A DNA stretch of 64,000 nucleotides, from contig JACDOL010000002.1 in assembly GCA_017656165.1 (NCBI GenBank), positions 700 through 64,699 on the forward strand, written 5' to 3'. A program made the translations under genes and the position numbers. The notes under the pieces were generated by a model. That model was not told the DNA's origin and searched no databases. It saw nothing but the letters and a program-made list of their open reading frames with translations. This DNA comes from Desulfotomaculum sp. (GTDB lineage: Bacteria > Bacillota > Desulfotomaculia > Desulfotomaculales > Desulfohalotomaculaceae). This document shows positions 48,230-57,378 of the stretch, in pieces. Positions within the stretch are counted from its first letter, which is position 1. The number at the start of each line of letters is the position of its first letter.

Positions 48230-49015
48230 ATGAAAAATAATAATTTTCCCAGTAACTTAACTGGTGCAGAGGATAAAGCACTGCTGGCTAGAGCTGCTGA
48301 TTTAGCAGAATATGTTTTAAAAACCCACCAGCCGGCAGTGACTGATTTTTATGACCCGTATCACACGGGTCTAGTGTTTTCTGTACTTCAAACAGTACCG
48401 GAAATAAAATTTTTCTCTGACGGGGGTTATCCTGACGCTGAACGTACCAGGGTGGTAATCTTTCCTGATTATATGATGCCAGAACAGGTAGATTCTCAAC
48501 TGGCTTTTCTGGTAGCGGAAGGCAGCTTTAAAATGAGTAAAGTCACCCACCGGGATTATTTGGGTTCACTTACTGGCCTAGGCCTAAAAAGGGAAAAGCT
48601 GGGTGACATAATAGTAAATGAAACCGGTGCCCAGCTGATAGTGGATGCTGCTGTGGCACCTTACATTAAATCAAATTTGACTAAGGTTGGAAGAGTACAT
48701 GTTCAAGTAAGAGAGATTGGCCGGGAACAACTGGAAATACCTGAACCTAAAGTAAAAATAATAAATACTACCGTAGCATCAATGAGGTTGGATGCTGTTG
48801 CTGCTGCCGGTTATGGTGCATCACGCAGCAAGGTGGTAAGAGAAATTAAGTCAGAACGTTTAAGCCTAAACTGGATCCCCTGCAGTAACCCTTCTGCCCT
48901 GGTTCAGGAAGGGGACATGCTTTCCCTGCGTGGAAGGGGAAGGGTTAAAGTTGTAGAGGTTAAGGGAACTACAAAGAAAGGGCGTACTGCATTAGTGCTG
49001 TATAGGTACATTTAA
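48230..49015 (+). CDS. ylmH: RNA-binding S4-domain protein YlmH
   Basis: Conserved position between yggT and divIVA, with a C-terminal S4-like domain (MRLDAVAAAGYGxSRSK). Confidence 0.8.
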   Translation: MKNNNFPSNLTGAEDKALLARAADLAEYVLKTHQPAVTDFYDPYHTGLVFSVLQTVPEIKFFSDGGYPDAERTRVVIFPDYMMPEQVDSQLAFLVAEGSFKMSKVTHRDYLGSLTGLGLKREKLGDIIVNETGAQLIVDAAVAPYIKSNLTKVGRVHVQVREIGREQLEIPEPKVKIINTTVASMRLDAVAAAGYGASRSKVVREIKSERLSLNWIPCSNPSALVQEGDMLSLRGRGRVKVVEVKGTTKKGRTALVLYRYI

Positions 49016-49056
49016 AGACAAATTAATTATTAGTCAAACTTGTGGGGGTGCTTTTC

Positions 49057-49590
49057 TTGCTTACTCCTCTTGATATCCGCCAGAAAGAATTTAAAAAAAG
49101 CTTTCGCGGTTATGACGAGCGGCAGGTGGACAAGTTTTTGCAGGAAGTTGCCGATACGTTGGAAGATTTACTAAAAGAAAATGAACAATTACAAAAAAAA
49201 CTGACAGAATGTGAGAATCGGCATGAACAATATCGTGAACTGGAACAGGCTATAAAAGATACCATGGTCATGGCTCAAAAAAATGCCCAGGAATTAAAGG
49301 AAAATGCTGATAAAGAAATTAAAATTATGATGCAGGATGCTTACCAGCGGTCGGAAAAAATTATCCGGGATGCAGAAGAAGAAGGAAAAAGGAAGATTGC
49401 CCAGGCTGAAGCTAGGGTACAGGAAATAATGGAAAAATACAGGGAAATACAAAAACAGGCCCAGGTATTCCGGGCGAAGTTTAAAACTTTCCTGGAAACT
49501 CAGCTGGAATTACTGGCCGAGGAAGAAAACAGGGAAGAAAAAAGATATGAAGCTGCAGAAAGCCTAGAAGAAAATAAGCAGGCAGGTTAG
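49057..49590 (+). CDS. divIVA: Cell division/septum-site protein DivIVA
   Basis: LTPLDIRQKEFKKSFRGYDExxVDxFL N-terminal domain and a coiled-coil remainder. TTG 49057 after GTGGGGGTG is preferred over GTG 49042. Confidence 0.88.
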   Translation: MLTPLDIRQKEFKKSFRGYDERQVDKFLQEVADTLEDLLKENEQLQKKLTECENRHEQYRELEQAIKDTMVMAQKNAQELKENADKEIKIMMQDAYQRSEKIIRDAEEEGKRKIAQAEARVQEIMEKYREIQKQAQVFRAKFKTFLETQLELLAEEENREEKRYEAAESLEENKQAG

Positions 49591-49887
49591 ATGCTGATGG
49601 TTTATATAAAGGAACAAGAAGGGGGAGTAGTATTTAAGGTTAGGGTCCAGCCCCGGGCTTCTAAAAACCAGGTATCTGGGGTGCTGGATGATGCAGTGAA
49701 GATAAGGTTAACAGCTCCTCCGGTGGATGGAGAAGCAAACAAGGTTTTGTGCCAGTACCTGGCTAAAATATTTAAAGTTGCTAAGAAACAAGTGCAAATA
49801 GTCTCTGGACATACCAGTCGAAGTAAATTAGTTTGTTTAGAAAATGTTAGTGCTGAGCAGGTAAAGAATGTACTTGGAATAGAATAA
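49591..49887 (+). CDS. DUF167 (YggU) family protein
   Basis: VxVxPxASKNxVxG...IRLTAPPVDGxANK signature. Confidence 0.8.
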   Translation: MLMVYIKEQEGGVVFKVRVQPRASKNQVSGVLDDAVKIRLTAPPVDGEANKVLCQYLAKIFKVAKKQVQIVSGHTSRSKLVCLENVSAEQVKNVLGIE

Positions 49888-49897
49888 ATGTCAAAAG

Positions 49898-49926
49898 TTG
49901 ACCGTTAATATATGTTTTTGTATAAT
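49898..49926 (+). promoter_or_regulatory. Sigma-A promoter for the ileS leader
   Basis: TTGACC, a 17-nt spacer, then TATAAT. This is near-consensus. Confidence 0.75.
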
Positions 49927-49949
49927 ATAGTAGCTAGCGGGTAACATGA

Positions 49950-50210
49950 ATATTTTAAAGCCTGTGAACGGAAGAGTAGGTTGTGTTACCATGTTTCAGA
50001 GAGCCCGGGGGAGGTGGAAGCCGGGTACATGGCCGCAGTCGAAGATCATCCGGGAGGCGTACAGCTGAACACTCAATATTGTGGGTCAGTAGGCTGTACC
50101 GGTGGCACCGGCGTTAACGGTGTTAGAGTGATCAGGCTGAATATGCCTGTTCACAAGGGTGGTACCGCGGAGAAGAGTAATCCGTCCCTTGGGGGCGGTT
50201 TTTTTTATTT
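49950..50210 (+). promoter_or_regulatory. T-box leader (isoleucine specifier) with intrinsic terminator
   Basis: AGAGA and GGTGGAAG stem-I elements, an ATC specifier in GAAGATCATCC (50045-50050), the T-box sequence AAGGGTGGTACCGCGG (50155-50170), and the terminator CCGTCCC-ttg-GGGGCGG plus T8. Confidence 0.88.
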
Positions 50211-50227
50211 TACTTTCAGGAAGCATA

Positions 50228-50277
50228 ATTTTTGACTTAGTCAAGGTATTTACCGGAGAAAACGATAACCGCAAATT
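50228..50277 (+). repeat. Intergenic repeat family, copy 5 (module B) inside the ileS 5' UTR
   Basis: TTTTGACTTAGTCAAGGTATTTACCGGAGAAAACGATAACCGCAAAT aligns with 24325-24368 and 54321-54366. Confidence 0.7.
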
Positions 50278-50362
50278 TAGAGAACAACACAACACAGCCT
50301 ATACCTTTATAACAATTCCCCAGAGATAGCTCGTAAAAAATAATAAAGAGGTGAAATGGTGT

Positions 50363-53152
50363 ATGGATTATGGTAAGACATTAAATCTGCCCAAGACGGA
50401 CTTTCCAATGCGGGGCAACCTGCCCCAGCGGGAACCTGAAATATTAAAATGGTGGGAAGAAATTGACATTTATGGTCAGGTTCAGAAAAAGAACAAGGGA
50501 AAACCTAAATTTATTCTGCATGATGGGCCGCCCTATGCCAACGGCCATATTCACCTTGGTCATACTTTGAACAAGGTTTTAAAAGATATCATAGTGAAAT
50601 TTCATTCTATGTCCGGTTATGATGCTCCCTATGTGCCGGGATGGGATACTCATGGCCTGCCCATTGAACAGCAGGTAATTAAAAATTTAAAAATTAACCG
50701 TCATGAACTTGATCCGGTAGAATTTAGAAAAAAATGTAAGGAATATGCTTTAAAGTTTGCAGGAATACAAAAAGAAGAATTTAAACGACTTGGTGTACGT
50801 GGTGACTGGGATAATCCCTATTATACCCTTTTGCCTAAATATGAGGCTAAACAAATTCGTGTATTTGGTGAAATGGCCAAGGCCGGGTATATATACAAAG
50901 GGTTAAAACCTGTCTACTGGTGTGCGGATTGCGAAACTGCACTGGCAGAAGCCGAAGTTGAATATGGTGAAAAGACTTCACCATCTATATATGTAAAGTT
51001 TCCTGTGTCAGATGGTAAGGGATTACTGCCTGAAGACAACACATATGTGGTCATTTGGACCACCACCCCCTGGACACTGCCAGGAAACGTGGCCATTACT
51101 TTACACCCGGAACTGGACTATGTATTGGCTCAAATAGGCGAAGAAAAACATCTGCTGGCCCAGGAACTGTTAGAAAACTACATTGAAACTGCCGGTTTAG
51201 AAGGTGCACAAGTTCTGGAAAAGTTCAAAGGGGAACAATTGGAAAAGGTAGTATGCAGGCACCCGTTTATGGAACGCCATTCACTGGTGATTTTAGGTGA
51301 CCATGTTACCACTGAAACTGGTACAGGATGTGTGCATACAGCTCCTGGTCATGGTGAGGAAGACTTCCAGGTTGGTAAGAAATATAACCTCCCTGTGGTT
51401 TCTCCAGTGGACAGCCGGGGGATTTTTACTGCAGAGGCTGGTAAATTTGAAGGAATGAAAATTTGGGAAGCAAACAAGGCTGTAATAGAAGAATTACAAG
51501 AACAGGGAAAACTTGTGCATGTAGATAAAATTCAGCATTCATATCCTCACTGCTGGCGCTGTAAAAATCCTGTTTTCTTCCGGGCTACAGAACAGTGGTT
51601 TGCTTCGGTGGAAGGTTTCCGTAAAAAAGCACTGGAGGCCATCCGCAGCAGGGTTAAATGGATTCCTTCCTGGGGAGAAGATCGTATATACAATATGATA
51701 GAAGGACGCGGTGACTGGTGCATATCCCGCCAGCGCGTTTGGGGAGTTCCTATTCCCATTTTTTACTGTAAAGAATGCGGTAAGGAACTAATTAATGAAG
51801 AGACTATTAGCCACCTGGAAAAAATATTTGCAGAGGAAGGCTCTGATGCCTGGTTCTCCAAAAAGGTTAAGGAACTGCTGCCGGAAGGAATTAAATGTGA
51901 AAATTGTGGAGCTGCAGAATTTGATAAAGAGAAAGACATCATGGATGTGTGGTTTGATTCCGGATCCAGCCATATGGGAGTTCTTCAGCAGCCAGAGTTG
52001 TGGCCTGACCTACGCTGGCCTGCTGACCTTTACCTGGAGGGCAGTGACCAGCACCGTGGATGGTTTAATTCTTCCCTCTCTACTGCCATTGCAGTAACAG
52101 GAGAGCCGCCTTATAAAGCAGTATTAACTCACGGTTTTGTAGTAGATGAAAAGGGACGCAAAATGTCTAAATCCCTGGGTAATGTTGTGGACCCGTTAAA
52201 GGTAATTAAACAAATGGGTGCTGATATTTTGCGCCTGTGGGTATCATCTGCTGATTACCGGGCAGATTTAGCAGTGTCAAACAATATTATCAAACAGTTG
52301 ACAGAAGCTTACCGTAAGATAAGAAACACTGCCCGGTTTCTTTTGGGTAACTTGAAGGATTTTGATCCCGAGAAGCACAGTTTACCCTATAATGATTTAC
52401 TGGAACTGGATCGCTGGGCACTTCTGCGCCTGCAGAGACTAATAGACCGGGTACTAAAGGCTTATAAAAATTACGAATTCCATGTGGTTTATCATGCTGT
52501 TCACAATTTCTGCGTGGTAGATATGAGTGCCCGTTACCTTGATATTATTAAGGACCGCCTGTACACCTCTCTGCCGGAATCCAGGGAACGGCGGGCAGCA
52601 CAAACGGTACTGTATGAAGTGCTGGACGCTTTGGTCAGGCTGCTGGCACCGGTACTGGCCTTTACCAGTGAAGAAATTTACCGGCATATGCCTAAGCCTG
52701 AGGATAGTCCCATAAGTGTGCAGCTACTGGATATGCCCCAGTTAAAAGATGAGTACATTGATGTCGACTTGGAACAAAAGTGGGACCGCCTGATGCTGGT
52801 GCGGGCAGAAGTACTAAAATATCTAGAAAAAGCCAGGAAAGAGAAGTTTATTGGTAATTCACTGGAAGCAGCAGTCCAAGTCTATGCTGATGATGAGCTG
52901 TATAATTTCTTAAAATCGATGGAAGATCAGCTGGCAGAAATATTTATTACCTCCCAGGCTTACCTAAATAAAGGTATTCCTGAAGGGGAAAGTGTGAGTG
53001 AAACAGTACCCGGCCTGGCTGTTAAGGTAGAAAAAGCTGTGGGTAAAAAATGTGAGCGTTGCTGGATGTATAATGAAGAAGTTGGGAAAAACAGTAAACA
53101 TCCTGCTATCTGCCCACGCTGCGCGGCGGTTATGGAGCAGTTAGAAAAATAA
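50363..53152 (+). CDS. ileS: Isoleucine--tRNA ligase IleS
   Basis: HIGH-type motif (PYANGHIHLGH), KMSKS, and the C-terminal zinc CxxC...CxxC. ATG 50363 lies 8 nt after AGAGGTGA. Confidence 0.95.
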   Translation: MDYGKTLNLPKTDFPMRGNLPQREPEILKWWEEIDIYGQVQKKNKGKPKFILHDGPPYANGHIHLGHTLNKVLKDIIVKFHSMSGYDAPYVPGWDTHGLPIEQQVIKNLKINRHELDPVEFRKKCKEYALKFAGIQKEEFKRLGVRGDWDNPYYTLLPKYEAKQIRVFGEMAKAGYIYKGLKPVYWCADCETALAEAEVEYGEKTSPSIYVKFPVSDGKGLLPEDNTYVVIWTTTPWTLPGNVAITLHPELDYVLAQIGEEKHLLAQELLENYIETAGLEGAQVLEKFKGEQLEKVVCRHPFMERHSLVILGDHVTTETGTGCVHTAPGHGEEDFQVGKKYNLPVVSPVDSRGIFTAEAGKFEGMKIWEANKAVIEELQEQGKLVHVDKIQHSYPHCWRCKNPVFFRATEQWFASVEGFRKKALEAIRSRVKWIPSWGEDRIYNMIEGRGDWCISRQRVWGVPIPIFYCKECGKELINEETISHLEKIFAEEGSDAWFSKKVKELLPEGIKCENCGAAEFDKEKDIMDVWFDSGSSHMGVLQQPELWPDLRWPADLYLEGSDQHRGWFNSSLSTAIAVTGEPPYKAVLTHGFVVDEKGRKMSKSLGNVVDPLKVIKQMGADILRLWVSSADYRADLAVSNNIIKQLTEAYRKIRNTARFLLGNLKDFDPEKHSLPYNDLLELDRWALLRLQRLIDRVLKAYKNYEFHVVYHAVHNFCVVDMSARYLDIIKDRLYTSLPESRERRAAQTVLYEVLDALVRLLAPVLAFTSEEIYRHMPKPEDSPISVQLLDMPQLKDEYIDVDLEQKWDRLMLVRAEVLKYLEKARKEKFIGNSLEAAVQVYADDELYNFLKSMEDQLAEIFITSQAYLNKGIPEGESVSETVPGLAVKVEKAVGKKCERCWMYNEEVGKNSKHPAICPRCAAVMEQLEK

Positions 53153-53164
53153 GATGTTATTGGC

Positions 53165-53210
53165 TGCCCCGGGGAATGATTTTTGACACATCATTTCCCG
53201 GGGTTATTTG
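53165..53210 (+). terminator. Rho-independent terminator after ileS
   Basis: CCCCGGGGAATGAT ... ATCATTTCCCGGGG long stem followed by TTATTTGTT. Confidence 0.75.
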
Positions 53211-53211
53211 T

Positions 53212-53307
53212 TAGATAGCAGCCAACCAATGTATTTACCGAAGAAAACGATAGCCGGTAGGGTTCGATTTATCAAACCTATCAGCCGGAGGGAAAGCGCC
53301 GAGTATA
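53212..53307 (+). repeat. Intergenic repeat family, copy 6 (modules B+C), left direct repeat of the SASP island
   Basis: GTATTTACCGAAGAAAACGATAGCCGG...GATTTATCAAACC...CAGCCGGAGGGAAAGCGCCGAGTAT aligns along about 95 nt with 54328-54418, with a few mismatches and two small indels. Confidence 0.8.
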
Positions 53308-53434
53308 AAAAATTATTTAACAAAAGTTGTTTTATCAGTAAGATATATGATAAAATTGAGTGGGTTAAGATATTTGGCATTATTTGGTATTGCATGGAAT
53401 GTAAATCAAATTATCTGCCGGAGGTGAACAAATA

Positions 53435-53710
53435 ATGAAATGTACCATACATCCGGAAAACATATCCCAGTTAAGCAGGGATCAAATGGAAGAATTATTG
53501 TTTAGACTTCTGCAGCATGTAAACCGTACTTTTGTTTATAATACTGGCCCCATTGAATTTTCCAACCGTGTACTAACCGAATTGATAGAATATGATTTAA
53601 TAGACTTGCAGCAGGGTGAGGGATGTGGTGGATGCTGTTCATGTTCAACACCTTCTAAGCCTAAAAAAGCGGGAAAAATAATTGAATTTCCTAAGAAAAA
53701 TGATTTTTAA
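53435..53710 (+). CDS. Hypothetical 91-aa protein with a Cys-rich C-terminal patch (GCGGCCSCS)
   Basis: Strong RBS GGAGGTG 7 nt before the ATG, and coding-like composition. No family recognised. Confidence 0.55.
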   Translation: MKCTIHPENISQLSRDQMEELLFRLLQHVNRTFVYNTGPIEFSNRVLTELIEYDLIDLQQGEGCGGCCSCSTPSKPKKAGKIIEFPKKNDF

Positions 53711-53916
53711 GAAGGATTTTTGGCTTTGTAATCTGTATATATGCCTTTTTTAATTCTTTGGGTGATAACACCGCCAATACGTCCCGCTTCTTTAGCATTT
53801 AATGATCCCCAACCATACCGGCGAATTTTTTCACCTAGGCCGAGTTCTTCGGCCACTTCCATTCTCAACAAGTCTTCCTTAGTAGTTTCCTTTTTTTTCT
53901 TTTTTTTGCCTACCAC
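53707..53916 (-). CDS. Small acid-soluble spore protein, alpha/beta-type-like
   Basis: MEVAEELGL and EAGRIGGVITQRI resemble the two alpha/beta SASP signatures. GTG start at 53916 follows a GGAG RBS. The longer ORF-track version (to 54168) runs antisense through the glycine riboswitch. Confidence 0.65.
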   Translation of the reverse strand: MVGKKKKKKETTKEDLLRMEVAEELGLGEKIRRYGWGSLNAKEAGRIGGVITQRIKKGIYTDYKAKNPS

Positions 53917-54084
53917 TGTATCATCTCCATTGTGTTTTTTTAAAAAAACACCCGTAATATTATTAGTATTAAAAGCTAAAATATTATTAAAAAGTGCCTG
54001 TAAAATAAAGAATTTTTTTAGCAGGAAATTGAAAAAAGAAGAAGAATTCATCAAATTAAAAATATTTAATAACGGCTGAATGAA

Positions 54085-54300
54085 GGTAGCAGGAGAGGTC
54101 TGGGCTAACCGGGCGCCGAAGGAGCAAGGCTGTCTGCTGGCTGGGCAGCAGTCGAAACTCTCAGGCAAAATGACTGTTACCGGACAGAACTCTGGAGAGA
54201 TCCGTAGAGGACACCCACGGGGAAACCCTGGAAAATAGGGTAATCTCTCAGGTAAACGGACAGAGAAAACAGCATTTTTGGGTTTTCTCTGTCTTTTTTA
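54085..54300 (+). promoter_or_regulatory. Tandem glycine riboswitch with terminator expression platform
   Basis: Aptamer 1 is GGAGAG...CGCCGAAGGAGCAA...CTCTCAGGCAAAATGAC. Aptamer 2 is CTCTGGAGAG...CTCTCAGGTAAACGGACAGAG. The terminator is CAGAGAAAAC...GTTTTCTCTG plus a T-tract (54261-54299). It is upstream of gcvT. Confidence 0.88.
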
Positions 54301-54307
54301 ATATACC

Positions 54308-54490
54308 AGAAAGTATAAGTTTTGATGCAGCCAAGGTTTTACCGGAGAAAACGATAGCCGGCAAATGTAGGGCTTTGATTTATCAAACCAACCAGCCGGA
54401 GGAAAAGCGCCGAGTATTGAGGAGCGAGGCGGCGTTTCACTATCCGAAAGTATAGTTTTAACCCAGCGGTGATAAGACCGGAGGTTTTTT
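54308..54490 (+). repeat. Intergenic repeat family, copy 7 (longest: modules A+B+C+A'+D), inside the gcvT 5' UTR
   Basis: It contains every module seen in the other copies. Module A is AGAAAGTATAAGTTTTGAT. Module B is GCAGCCAAGGTTTTACCGGAGAAAACGATAGCCGGCAAAT. Module C is GGGCTTTGATTTATCAAACC..CAGCCGGAGGAAAAGCGCCGAGTAT. A second A-like segment reads GAAAGTATAGTTTTAAC. Module D is AGCGGTGATAAGACCGGAGGTTTTTT. Confidence 0.8.
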
Positions 54491-54523
54491 AGACATACTA
54501 GAAACAGTTATGGAGGTGCAAAT

Positions 54524-55618
54524 ATGGATAACTTAAAACGTACTCCACTTTATAACGTGCACAAAGAATTAAATGCTAAGATGGTGGAGTTTGGCGGCTG
54601 GGAAATGCCGGTACAGTATGAAGGAATTATTAAAGAACATAAGGCTGTCCGGGAGCGGGCAGGACTATTTGATGTATCACACATGGGAGAGCTGCTGCTG
54701 GAAGGTCCCGGTGCTTTAGATGTACTGCAGCGTTTAGTCACAAATGACATATCTAAAATAGATATTGGGCGTGCTGTTTATACACCAATGGTTAAAGAAG
54801 ATGGTGGGACATTAGATGATTTATTAATATATAATTTAGGAGCAGACCGATACCTCTTGGTAGTCAACGCATCCAATAAAGATAAGGATTTAAACTGGTT
54901 AAAAGATCACTTATCAGGTAAGGTAAATGTGGCAGACAAGTCTGAAGATTATGCACTGCTGGCACTTCAAGGACCATTAGCTCAGCAGGTACTGCAGAAA
55001 ATTACCTCACTGGATTTAAAAGCAATAAAATATTATCATTTTACCATGGGAGTAGTGGCAGGAATTCCCTGCCTGGTTTCCCGCACAGGGTATACCGGGG
55101 AGGACGGTTTTGAACTCTACTGCCACCCAGAAGAAGCAGAGAAATTATGGCAGGCAGTTCTAACCACCGGGAAAGAAGATGGAGTTGTACCGGCCGGACT
55201 GGGGGCCAGGGATACCCTGCGTTTTGAAGCATGTCTGCCTCTTTATGGAAATGAGCTGTCTGAAGAAATTAATCCGCTGATGGCTGGACTAGGTTGGACA
55301 GTAAAATTTAATAAAGGTGACTTTATTGGAAAAGAGGCGCTGGCAGAAATTAAAGATGCTGGTGTCAGCCATAAACTGGTTGGCTTAAAAATGGTAGAGA
55401 GAGGAATACCAAGAACAGGTTACCCTGTGGAGTTTAATGGTCAGGAGGTAGGGTGGGTTACTACCGGAAGTTATGCTCCAACATTAAACGCCAACCTGGC
55501 CCTGGCCTATGTAAAGCCTGGATATGCAGAAGAAGGAACCGAACTGGAGATTGTTATTAGAGGGAAGGGTTTAAAAGCTGCAGTTGTTCCAAAACCTTTT
55601 TATAAAAGACAAAAGTAA
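54524..55618 (+). CDS. gcvT: Glycine cleavage system aminomethyltransferase GcvT
   Basis: [15 protein letters not shown] and FDVSHMG motifs. RBS GGAGGTG. Confidence 0.93.
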   Translation: MDNLKRTPLYNVHKELNAKMVEFGGWEMPVQYEGIIKEHKAVRERAGLFDVSHMGELLLEGPGALDVLQRLVTNDISKIDIGRAVYTPMVKEDGGTLDDLLIYNLGADRYLLVVNASNKDKDLNWLKDHLSGKVNVADKSEDYALLALQGPLAQQVLQKITSLDLKAIKYYHFTMGVVAGIPCLVSRTGYTGEDGFELYCHPEEAEKLWQAVLTTGKEDGVVPAGLGARDTLRFEACLPLYGNELSEEINPLMAGLGWTVKFNKGDFIGKEALAEIKDAGVSHKLVGLKMVERGIPRTGYPVEFNGQEVGWVTTGSYAPTLNANLALAYVKPGYAEEGTELEIVIRGKGLKAAVVPKPFYKRQK

Positions 55619-55645
55619 AATAAATACTCAAGGAGGTTTTTAATT

Positions 55646-56035
55646 ATGGCTAATATTCCGGGGGAACTTAAGTACAGCAAAGAGCATGAGTGGGTTAAGG
55701 TGGATGGAGGCAGAGCAGTCATTGGTATCACCGACTATGCCCAGGACTCCTTAGGAGATATAGTTTTTGTAGAACTGCCCAATGTGGGAGATACCTTTGA
55801 AGCGGGGGATACCCTGGGGGTAGTAGAATCAGTTAAAGCTGCTTCTGACATTTATACTCCATTAAGTGGTAAAGTGGTGGAAATTAACCGGGAGCTTGAG
55901 GATTCTCCAGAGGTCATTAATGAAGACCCTTATGAAAAAGGGTGGATGGTCGTACTGGAACTGTCGGATCCCTCACAGGTTGAAAATCTTCTTTCTAAGG
56001 AAGAATACGAACAATTCTTAGAGGAGAATGCCTAA
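55646..56035 (+). CDS. gcvH: Glycine cleavage system protein H
   Basis: YSKEHEWV and the lipoyl-lysine motif VESVKAASD. Confidence 0.93.
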   Translation: MANIPGELKYSKEHEWVKVDGGRAVIGITDYAQDSLGDIVFVELPNVGDTFEAGDTLGVVESVKAASDIYTPLSGKVVEINRELEDSPEVINEDPYEKGWMVVLELSDPSQVENLLSKEEYEQFLEENA

Positions 56036-57378
56036 TGAGATTCATTCCTCACACTGATGAAGAACGTAAAGAAATGATAGCAGAGCTTGGTATAAAGGGC
56101 ATAGACGAGTTATTCCAGGATATCCCTGAAGAAGTTAGGCTGAAGAAGGACTTAAATATTCCTGGACCCTTTTCTGAACTGGAAGTGCTCAGGAAAATAA
56201 AATCAATGGCTGCCAAAAACAAAACGGTCGACCAGCTGGTTTCTTTTCTGGGTGCAGGCGTTTACGACCATTATATACCCAGCGCAGTTCATCATATTAT
56301 ATCCAGGTCAGAGTTTTATACAGCTTATACTCCTTACCAGCCGGAAATAAGTCAAGGAGTTTTGCAGTCTATTTTTGAATTTCAAACTATGATTTGTGAA
56401 TTAACAGGTATGGATGTGGCCAATGCATCAATGTATGACGGTGCTTCCGCTGCTGCCGAAGCTGCTTTGATGGCGTGTGCAGCTACCAGGCGTAATAAAG
56501 TGCTGGTTTCAAAGACAGTACATCCTGAATACCGCCAGGTGCTTAATACCTATGCCACCGCTCGTGAGATTGAGATAAAAGAACTGGACTATAACGGGGG
56601 AGTAACGGACCTGAGCAAACTGGAAAATCTGCTTAATGAAGAAGTGGCAGCGGTTATTTTACAGCAGCCCAACTTTTTTGGTTCCTTGGAAGATTTAAGA
56701 GCTGCTGCTGATGCTGTTCACCAGGTAAAGGCTTTGCTGGTAACCTGTGCTGACCCTGTAGCCTTGGGTTTAATAACTTCTCCCGGTGCATGTGGAGCAG
56801 ATATTGTGGTAGGTGACGGGCAGGGCTTGGGAATTCATATGTCCTATGGAGGTCCGCACCTTGGTTATATGGCCTGTACACAAAAGCTTATGAGGCGAAT
56901 GCCCGGGCGAATTGTTGGAGAAACCAAGGACAGCCGTGGGAACCGGGGATTTGTATTAACTCTGCAGGCCAGAGAGCAGCATATCCGCCGTGAAAAGGCT
57001 ACTTCAAATATCTGTTCAAACCAGGCCCTGTGTGCTCTGGCTGCAACTGTCTATCTTAGCCTTATGGGACGCCGTGGTTTGCGTGAGGTGGCTGAACAGT
57101 GCTTAACCAAGGCCCATTATGCCTATGAACAGATAATAAACCTTCTTGGGTACCAACCAGCCTGGTCGGCACCATTTTTTAAAGAGTTTGTTATAAAGAC
57201 ACCCCAGCCACCGCAGGAAATTAACCAAAGATTATTAGAAAGCGGCATTATCGGGGGATTGGATTTAGGACGGTTCTATCCAGAATTGAAAAATTGTATG
57301 CTGTTATGCGTTACAGAAACCCGTACAAGGGAAGAAATTGACCGCCTAGTGGCGCTGTTGGGAGGAGATATTAAATGA
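56035..57378 (+). CDS. gcvPA: Glycine dehydrogenase (decarboxylating) subunit 1, GcvPA
   Basis: Typical N-terminus [10 protein letters not shown]..., the [11 protein letters not shown] motif, and its operon position. Confidence 0.92.
   Translation: MRFIPHTDEERKEMIAELGIKGIDELFQDIPEEVRLKKDLNIPGPFSELEVLRKIKSMAAKNKTVDQLVSFLGAGVYDHYIPSAVHHIISRSEFYTAYTPYQPEISQGVLQSIFEFQTMICELTGMDVANASMYDGASAAAEAALMACAATRRNKVLVSKTVHPEYRQVLNTYATAREIEIKELDYNGGVTDLSKLENLLNEEVAAVILQQPNFFGSLEDLRAAADAVHQVKALLVTCADPVALGLITSPGACGADIVVGDGQGLGIHMSYGGPHLGYMACTQKLMRRMPGRIVGETKDSRGNRGFVLTLQAREQHIRREKATSNICSNQALCALAATVYLSLMGRRGLREVAEQCLTKAHYAYEQIINLLGYQPAWSAPFFKEFVIKTPQPPQEINQRLLESGIIGGLDLGRFYPELKNCMLLCVTETRTREEIDRLVALLGGDIK

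Noticed and set aside
49981-50235. An 84-aa ORF upstream of ileS.
   Set aside because: It lies entirely inside the T-box leader (specifier loop, T-box sequence and terminator). It is an artefact of a GC-rich structured RNA.
53208-53435. A 75-aa ORF on the + strand running through repeat copy 6.
   Set aside because: It has no RBS. The equivalent frame in the paralogous copy 7 is interrupted by a stop (…CGA TAG). The sequence is better explained as a non-coding repeat.
53917-54168. The N-terminal extension of the 153-aa minus-strand ORF (53707-54168), and the antisense 112-aa ORF at 53741-54079.
   Set aside because: The extension runs antisense through the glycine riboswitch and an AT-rich promoter region with low-complexity translation. 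Only the C-terminal 69 codons look like a SASP, and these have their own RBS and GTG start. The + strand ORF is antisense to that gene.
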